From: an uncultured Myxococcales bacterium | GTDB lineage: Bacteria; Myxococcota; UBA4151 | Assembly (NCBI GenBank): GCA_964013405.1 | Contig: CAXGWI010000091.1 | Coordinates: 1 to 14,472 of the forward strand | Direction of reading: 5' to 3' | DNA: 14,472 bases | In this document: positions 9,093 through 14,472 of the stretch, piece by piece | How positions within the stretch are numbered: position 1 is the stretch's first letter | How the letters are laid out: each line of letters opens with the position of its first letter | Translations under genes and position numbers: made by a program | The notes under the pieces: model-generated | The model's database searches: none | Told to the model about the DNA's origin: nothing | Seen by the model: only the letters and a program-made list of their open reading frames with translations

Positions 9093-11756
9093 GTGAGATA
9101 CCTCCTCTGCCTCGTCGTCGGACTCGCCGGCTGCTTGCCCACCGGGCTCGAAAACCGCGACAACCCCCTCGACCCCCAAGCCCCCAGTTATGAAGCCGCT
9201 TGCGGCAACGGGCTCTTGGATGAAGGCGAGGTCTGTGATGATGGCAACACGGTGAGCAGTGATGCCTGCGTCAACTGCCAAACAGCCTTCTGCGGCGATG
9301 GCGTCCGTCGCCTCGGGCTGGCGCGCGATGACGCAGCCTACGAAGAGTGCGATGATGGCAACACGGTCCAGACCGACAGTTGCTCCGACGACTGTCAACT
9401 CGCTGCCTGCGGCAATGGACGCATCGATCCCGGTGAGGATTGTGACGACCGCAACCTGAACGACCGAGACAGTTGCTCCAGCCAATGCAGCCTGGCCTTT
9501 TGTGGAGATGGTATCGTCCGCAACGACCTCCCCGAAGATCATCCCGATCACGAGCGCTGTGACGACGGTAATGACCAAGACGATGACAGTTGCTCCAGCG
9601 ACTGCCAACCGGCCCGCTGTGGGGATGGCATCCTGCGGCAGGACAAGGTGGAGGGCGAAGTAGGCTATGAAGCCTGCGACGATGGCAACGGGGATGAAGC
9701 CGATGCCTGTCGCAGCAGTTGCCGATTGGCTTCCTGTGGGGATGGCATCCTCCGTGAGGACCTCAGCCCCAACGATGAAGGCTATGAAGCCTGCGACGAC
9801 GGCAACCCGATCGAGGTCGACGATTGTACACCGACCTGCCAAATCGCCCGCTGTGGCGATGGTTACCTGCGGCTCACCGATCCCCCAGAGGGCGAACTCC
9901 CCGAGCAATGCGATGACGGGAACCCGAACGATAACGATGGCTGTCTCAACAACTGCCAACTGGCCCAATGTGGCGATGGGTTTGTCCGGGAGGATCTCGA
10001 TCCCGGATCGCTGAATGCCTGCGATCCAGCAGCCCCAAACTGTCCCGAAGGCGAACTGTGTTTGGTGAATCGCTGCTATCGGATCGGCTACGAATCGTGC
10101 GACGACCAAAACGCGGTGAATGACGACGCCTGTCTCACCGGCTGTATCGCCGCCCGATGCGGTGATGGCGTGTTGCGGACCGATCGCAACGAAAATCAGG
10201 ATGACTACGAAGCCTGCGATGATGGCAATGACAACGAGGCCGACGCATGTGTTGAGTGTCAGATCACCGGCTGTGGCGACGGCATCCGGCAAGCGCTCAC
10301 GGGTGAAGAGTGCGACGATGGTAACGACAACGATCACGACCTATGCGATCGCGAGTGTCTCCTGACTCGTACGGTGGCGATCGGCGGGCTTCACAGTTGT
10401 GCGCTGCACGTCGAGGACGGCGCCTTCGACGGTCGAGTTGCCTGCTGGGGCGATAATCGCTGGGGACAGATGGGCCAAGGCAATGTGGACCTCGACGCCA
10501 GCCAGTCCAGGCCCAATCCGGTTCCTGATCTCGAAGACGTGGTTGCGCTGTCCGCGGGACAGGCCACGACCTGCGCACTGAGTGCAGCAGGCACCGTCGC
10601 CTGCTGGGGTATGGGTTCAAACGGGCAGATTGGCGCTGGTGAAGCCTCCGATGAGGTCTGTAACGGTGACGACCGCTGCACATCGAGTCCAACCAGCGTC
10701 GTCAATCTCGGCGGCGGCGCCCAAGATCTCAGTTCCGGTACCTTTCACAACTGCGTCATCGATCCCAATCGCCGGAGTCGTTGCTGGGGTTATGGCGGTT
10801 TCTATCAACTCGGCGACGGCGTTGCGAACGTCAATCAACCCAGACCACGACTGGGTCCCGCTTTATCAAAGCAGCGCATCACCGCGGGCTTCTACCACAG
10901 TTGTGCGCTGAGTACGGAGGGCGAGGTCAGTTGTTGGGGCCGGGGCGTTGCCGGGCAACTGGGTGCTGGCACAAGAGAGGAGTATATCCAGAGTCCGGTT
11001 GCGGTGCAGTGGGCTGACCGTAGCCCAGTTGATGAGGTCATCGTCCTCCATTCGGGCATGAATCATAACTGCATCATCCGAGATGTTGAGACCCAAGAGG
11101 TTCGGTGCTGGGGCGCCAACGACAAGGACCAACTCGCCGCGCGAGGACCCGGGGGAAGAGATCAAGGCGGCCTTGACGAAGCGAGAGGCGAGTATTGCGG
11201 CCGTGAGGCTTGTGCCGAAGGCAACCTTTGCGTCACCGAGGACGGCGATCCCAACCGACGATTCTGCTACCGCAGTTGCGAGGCAGACGATGATTGTCCC
11301 CTGGGCCAGGCCTGCTCAGAGGAGCAGACTTGCCAAATGGCCGCCTGCGGAGAAGACAACAACTCGCCCTGCATGGCGCTGCCAAGAGCCCCAGGCGACG
11401 ACAACCTTCAACCTCTTGTCGGCGCACTCGCCTTAGGGGGCGGCCAGCATCACACCTGCATCCTTCTGGCCAATCGGCAAATGAAATGCTGGGGAAGCAA
11501 CCAGTTCGGACAGTTGGGTAACCTTGGCATCAACGGGTCCCGCGGTACCTGGTTTCAAAATCCAGCCATGTCCGTCAACCGGGCGAAGACCATCGAGGGG
11601 GCAAGCGAGATCAGGGAAGTCGGGCTCGGGATGTCCATCGGCCATCAATGTTATCGGGATACCGAACGAAGGGTCTTCTGTTTGGGAGACAACAGTGGTT
11701 ATCAACTGGGTGATGGCAGTTCAGAGCGGCGCCTCTTGCCGGTCCAGGCCCAGTAA
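9093..11756 (+). CDS. Lipoprotein with 10 Cys-rich repeats and a 7-repeat RCC1/BLIP-II-like beta-propeller
   Basis: GTG directly follows the upstream TAA; lipobox LAG-C; 10 CG[DN]G...CDD units; seven 'H.C....C[WL]G.N..GQLG'-type repeats from ~10374. Confidence 0.9.
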   Translation: MRYLLCLVVGLAGCLPTGLENRDNPLDPQAPSYEAACGNGLLDEGEVCDDGNTVSSDACVNCQTAFCGDGVRRLGLARDDAAYEECDDGNTVQTDSCSDDCQLAACGNGRIDPGEDCDDRNLNDRDSCSSQCSLAFCGDGIVRNDLPEDHPDHERCDDGNDQDDDSCSSDCQPARCGDGILRQDKVEGEVGYEACDDGNGDEADACRSSCRLASCGDGILREDLSPNDEGYEACDDGNPIEVDDCTPTCQIARCGDGYLRLTDPPEGELPEQCDDGNPNDNDGCLNNCQLAQCGDGFVREDLDPGSLNACDPAAPNCPEGELCLVNRCYRIGYESCDDQNAVNDDACLTGCIAARCGDGVLRTDRNENQDDYEACDDGNDNEADACVECQITGCGDGIRQALTGEECDDGNDNDHDLCDRECLLTRTVAIGGLHSCALHVEDGAFDGRVACWGDNRWGQMGQGNVDLDASQSRPNPVPDLEDVVALSAGQATTCALSAAGTVACWGMGSNGQIGAGEASDEVCNGDDRCTSSPTSVVNLGGGAQDLSSGTFHNCVIDPNRRSRCWGYGGFYQLGDGVANVNQPRPRLGPALSKQRITAGFYHSCALSTEGEVSCWGRGVAGQLGAGTREEYIQSPVAVQWADRSPVDEVIVLHSGMNHNCIIRDVETQEVRCWGANDKDQLAARGPGGRDQGGLDEARGEYCGREACAEGNLCVTEDGDPNRRFCYRSCEADDDCPLGQACSEEQTCQMAACGEDNNSPCMALPRAPGDDNLQPLVGALALGGGQHHTCILLANRQMKCWGSNQFGQLGNLGINGSRGTWFQNPAMSVNRAKTIEGASEIREVGLGMSIGHQCYRDTERRVFCLGDNSGYQLGDGSSERRLLPVQAQ

Positions 11757-14116
11757 TGCAGCGGGTTCTCCTCCTCCTCCTGTTGAGTCCTGCTCTCGCC
11801 TGTCTCCCGCCAGGCCTCACGGAGCGAAACAACGCTGACGATCCAGCGAGTCCCGAATTCGTGGCCCGCTGCGGCAATGGGGTTCTCGAACTCGCCCTAG
11901 GGGAGAGCTGTGACGACGGTAACGATATCGATGAGGACGCCTGCACAACGGCTTGCCGAGAAGCGAGTTGCGGCGATGGCATCGTTCGTCGCGACCTTGA
12001 TCCCGACGCCCCCCTCGCGGAGGCCTGCGATGACGGCAACGATGCCGACGACGATCAATGCACCAGCGACTGCCAGGCCAATCGCTGCGGGGACGGAATT
12101 CTCAACCCCGGCGAAGACTGCGATGATGGGAACGACGACTCCAGTGATGGCTGTACAAGCCGTTGCGAGGAGGCTCGCTGTGGCGATGGGACCAGGCGAC
12201 GAGATCGGCTTCTTGGAGAACTCGGCTACGAAGCCTGCGATGATGGGAACGACGACGAGACCGACGCGTGCCTCAATGGCTGCACCGTCGCCCGCTGTGG
12301 TGACTTCGTGCGACGGCAAGATCTCGAGCCGGGGGCCGAGGGATATGAAGCCTGTGATGATGGGAATCAGGACCCTAGGGACAGTTGTACGGCCGACTGC
12401 GTCGTCGCTTCTTGTGGCGATGGCGTGGTGCGACAGGATCTTGCGCCGGGCAGCGACGGTGCCGAATCGTGCGACGACGGCAATGATGATGAGCAGGACG
12501 GCTGCACCGGGGATTGTCAGCAGGCTCGATGTGGTGATGGCATCCTGCGAACCGATCTTGATGGTGACCATCCCAACTACGAGGCCTGTGACGATGGGAA
12601 TCTGGACAATCGGGACCGTTGCTCCGTGATCTGTCGCCAAGCGACGTGCGGCGATGGGCTGGTGCGACAGGATCTCGAGCCGGGCGAGGACGACTATGAG
12701 GCCTGTGACGACCGCAATGAAAACAATTTGGACGGCTGTACCAACGCCTGCCAGCGCGCTCGATGCGGTGACGGCATCTTACGAACGGACCTCGCCCAAG
12801 GCTTCCCAGGTGCCGAAGCCTGCGATGATGGCAATGAGATCGATGGGGATGATTGCCTCAACAACTGCCAGCCCGCTCGCTGCGGTGATGCTGTCCTTCA
12901 GATCACCAGTGCCGATGAGAACGCCCCCCTCGAAGAATGCGATGACGGCAACCGCCTCACCGGCGATGCCTGTGACAACGATTGCCTGCGGCCTGCCACC
13001 CTCGCTGTCGGCACAAAACATGTGTGTAGTCTCGAGGAGGGACGTGTCTGGTGCTGGGGTGATCATCGTTACGGGCAGTTGGGCTTCATCCCAGCGAATC
13101 CGGAACAAACCCGATTCCACCGCCCTCAAAGAGTGGCTGACTTAGCGGGGCAAGTCGCCATTTTCGCGGGGGAAGCGACCACGTGCTCAGCCGATGCGGA
13201 AGGCAACGTCTCTTGCTGGGGTCGTCATCGAATGGGCCACGTGCCCATCCAAATCCCCGAGGGCGGGGCTCAGGTCTATGAACCCGTGTCGATTCCTGAC
13301 CTCGCTGGCACAAGGTACATGGATCTCACTCGCCCTGAGTTCTTTCAAGACGCCGCGTGGGGCTGTGCCTTGTCGGCCGATCTGGAGGCTTCATGCTGGG
13401 GCCAGAATTACTCGGGGCAGTTGGCCGCGGAGGACGTTTGGGAAACACGGATACCCATCCCCTTCGCACAGGGCTTGCCTATCACCCATCTCGCGGTCGC
13501 CGGCCTCGAGTTGCCAAACGGCTCATGTCGTCGAACACAACAGACCTGCTTCAGCGACGAAGAGGGCGAACTCTACTGTGTGGGCGAAAATCGGGGTGTC
13601 TTCCAAGGCGATGGCTGCGGATTTGGCACGCCTAGCCCCCAACCGATCGAGGTGGCTGGCTCCGGCACAGCGCTGGCCTGTTCCCTATTGAGTTGCTGCA
13701 TGATCACCGACGATGAAGGGCATGTAGCGTGCACAAAGGCCCCTCGACTGGTTGGGCCTGAAGACGGTGAGCCGAGCCGTTTTCGTCAGTTGGCTGGTGG
13801 CGGTGAAAACTTCTGCGGCGTGACCACCAACCATAGTTTGCGTTGCTTCGGGGACTCCTGGGACCTTTACGGCCTGCAGGCGGCCGATCCCAGATCACGG
13901 GCCCAGACGGATGGCTACAAGCCAGTACGTCCTCGAGGCAGTGGGGATCTCCGTTTCCGGGAAGCGCGGATTGGTGGGCTCTCCGCCTGCGCTCGAACTG
14001 ACGAAGGTTCCGTGTACTGCTGGGGCCGAAATGATTCCGGTCAGGTGGGCCTCGCCCAGATGGGTCCTTTCGAGGATGTCACAGGCATCCAACGCATCGA
14101 GTACCCAGCACCCTAG
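11756..14116 (+). CDS. Lipoprotein with 10 Cys-rich repeats and a more divergent 7-repeat RCC1/BLIP-II-like propeller; paralog of the upstream gene
   Basis: TAATG stop/start overlap; signal MQRVLLLLLLSP with lipobox ALA-C; 10 repeats; propeller repeats from ~13001 (VWCWG, VSCWG, ASCWG, LYCVG, VAC, LRCFG, VYCWG). Confidence 0.9.
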   Translation: MQRVLLLLLLSPALACLPPGLTERNNADDPASPEFVARCGNGVLELALGESCDDGNDIDEDACTTACREASCGDGIVRRDLDPDAPLAEACDDGNDADDDQCTSDCQANRCGDGILNPGEDCDDGNDDSSDGCTSRCEEARCGDGTRRRDRLLGELGYEACDDGNDDETDACLNGCTVARCGDFVRRQDLEPGAEGYEACDDGNQDPRDSCTADCVVASCGDGVVRQDLAPGSDGAESCDDGNDDEQDGCTGDCQQARCGDGILRTDLDGDHPNYEACDDGNLDNRDRCSVICRQATCGDGLVRQDLEPGEDDYEACDDRNENNLDGCTNACQRARCGDGILRTDLAQGFPGAEACDDGNEIDGDDCLNNCQPARCGDAVLQITSADENAPLEECDDGNRLTGDACDNDCLRPATLAVGTKHVCSLEEGRVWCWGDHRYGQLGFIPANPEQTRFHRPQRVADLAGQVAIFAGEATTCSADAEGNVSCWGRHRMGHVPIQIPEGGAQVYEPVSIPDLAGTRYMDLTRPEFFQDAAWGCALSADLEASCWGQNYSGQLAAEDVWETRIPIPFAQGLPITHLAVAGLELPNGSCRRTQQTCFSDEEGELYCVGENRGVFQGDGCGFGTPSPQPIEVAGSGTALACSLLSCCMITDDEGHVACTKAPRLVGPEDGEPSRFRQLAGGGENFCGVTTNHSLRCFGDSWDLYGLQAADPRSRAQTDGYKPVRPRGSGDLRFREARIGGLSACARTDEGSVYCWGRNDSGQVGLAQMGPFEDVTGIQRIEYPAP

Positions 14117-14155
14117 CTTGTCTCTCTTATGACCGGCCCCCAAGCGCCTCGCCGT

Positions 14156-14472
14156 TCAGGGCTGGGGCGAAGCTTCGGCGTTAAGCGCTGCGCTCAGGCT
14201 CTGGGCAAAGGGATTGGGTAACTCCAGAGCCGCGAGGACGGCCCGCACCAAGAGCGTCTCGTCTTCGGTCCAGTGACCATCAGCTTCGGCCGCCGCCATG
14301 ACCGCTTCTCCAACTCGGCTCTTGAGCTTTGGGCTCATGGACTGGAGGCGCTCAAGGCTGCGAAGTAAGATCTCTGGACCCACCTGCTCTTCGCCTAAGG
14401 GCCCGGCGCCGATCTGGACTGGGCCCAGTCGGTCCCGCCCGGCGCCATAGGCCCGGGCGACCTCGCCGGCCC
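14156..14472 (-). CDS. C-terminal fragment of a probable M48-family metallopeptidase (TerB-like C-terminal domain)
   Basis: Frame is open from the right edge: AGEVARAYGAGRDRL...SLERLQSMSPKLKSRVGEAVMAAAEADGHWTEDETLLVRAVLAALELPNP. 'ADG....E..L.RA...AL..P.P' is typical of long M48 peptidase C-termini; the catalytic part lies outside the window. Confidence 0.68.
   Translation of the reverse strand, partial: AGEVARAYGAGRDRLGPVQIGAGPLGEEQVGPEILLRSLERLQSMSPKLKSRVGEAVMAAAEADGHWTEDETLLVRAVLAALELPNPFAQSLSAALNAEASPQP

Noticed and set aside
8493..10337. 614-aa antisense ORF, and other long alternate-frame ORFs over the repeat arrays (4384-5145, 11897-12640, 11910-12629)
   Set aside because: Shadow ORFs expected from high GC and Asp/Gly/Cys codon bias of the real genes; no recognisable motifs.
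11768..11779. (CTC)4 microsatellite as a phase-variation switch
   Set aside because: Short, in-frame, and simply encodes the Leu run of the signal peptide.
9200..12990. Periodic DNA motif (GAAGCCTGCGAYGAYGGCAA) that could mimic a CRISPR array
   Set aside because: Degenerate at third codon positions, in frame, encodes EACDDGN; no cas genes.
14117..14155. Terminator between the convergent genes
   Set aside because: No convincing hairpin or U-tract on either strand.

Overview
GC-rich bacterial DNA, most likely Myxococcota judging by the myxobacterial Cys-rich repeats and a MYXO-CTERM-like tail. The left end holds a divergent partial gene, a structured ~330-bp intergenic region, and a two-gene unit: an FeS-cluster cryptochrome/(6-4) photolyase (PhrB/CryB type) and a YbjT-like atypical SDR. 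The rest is almost entirely a cell-surface island. Four predicted lipoproteins share an acidic CG[DN]G...CDDGN repeat 'stalk' (14, 2, 10 and 10 copies by my count) but end in different 'heads': TSP3 repeats plus a possible lectin-like domain, an HExxH zinc peptidase, and two 7-blade RCC1/BLIP-II-like propellers. Interspersed are an IPT/TIG protein with a sorting tail and an exported, highly basic, membrane-anchored protein translationally coupled to the two propeller lipoproteins. The window ends in the C-terminus of a probable M48-type peptidase. I saw no RNA genes, CRISPR arrays or mobile elements. The best candidate for an undescribed system is the stalk-plus-variable-head lipoprotein set, especially the three-gene operon at 8082-14116. 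All family assignments come from motif recognition, not database searches.
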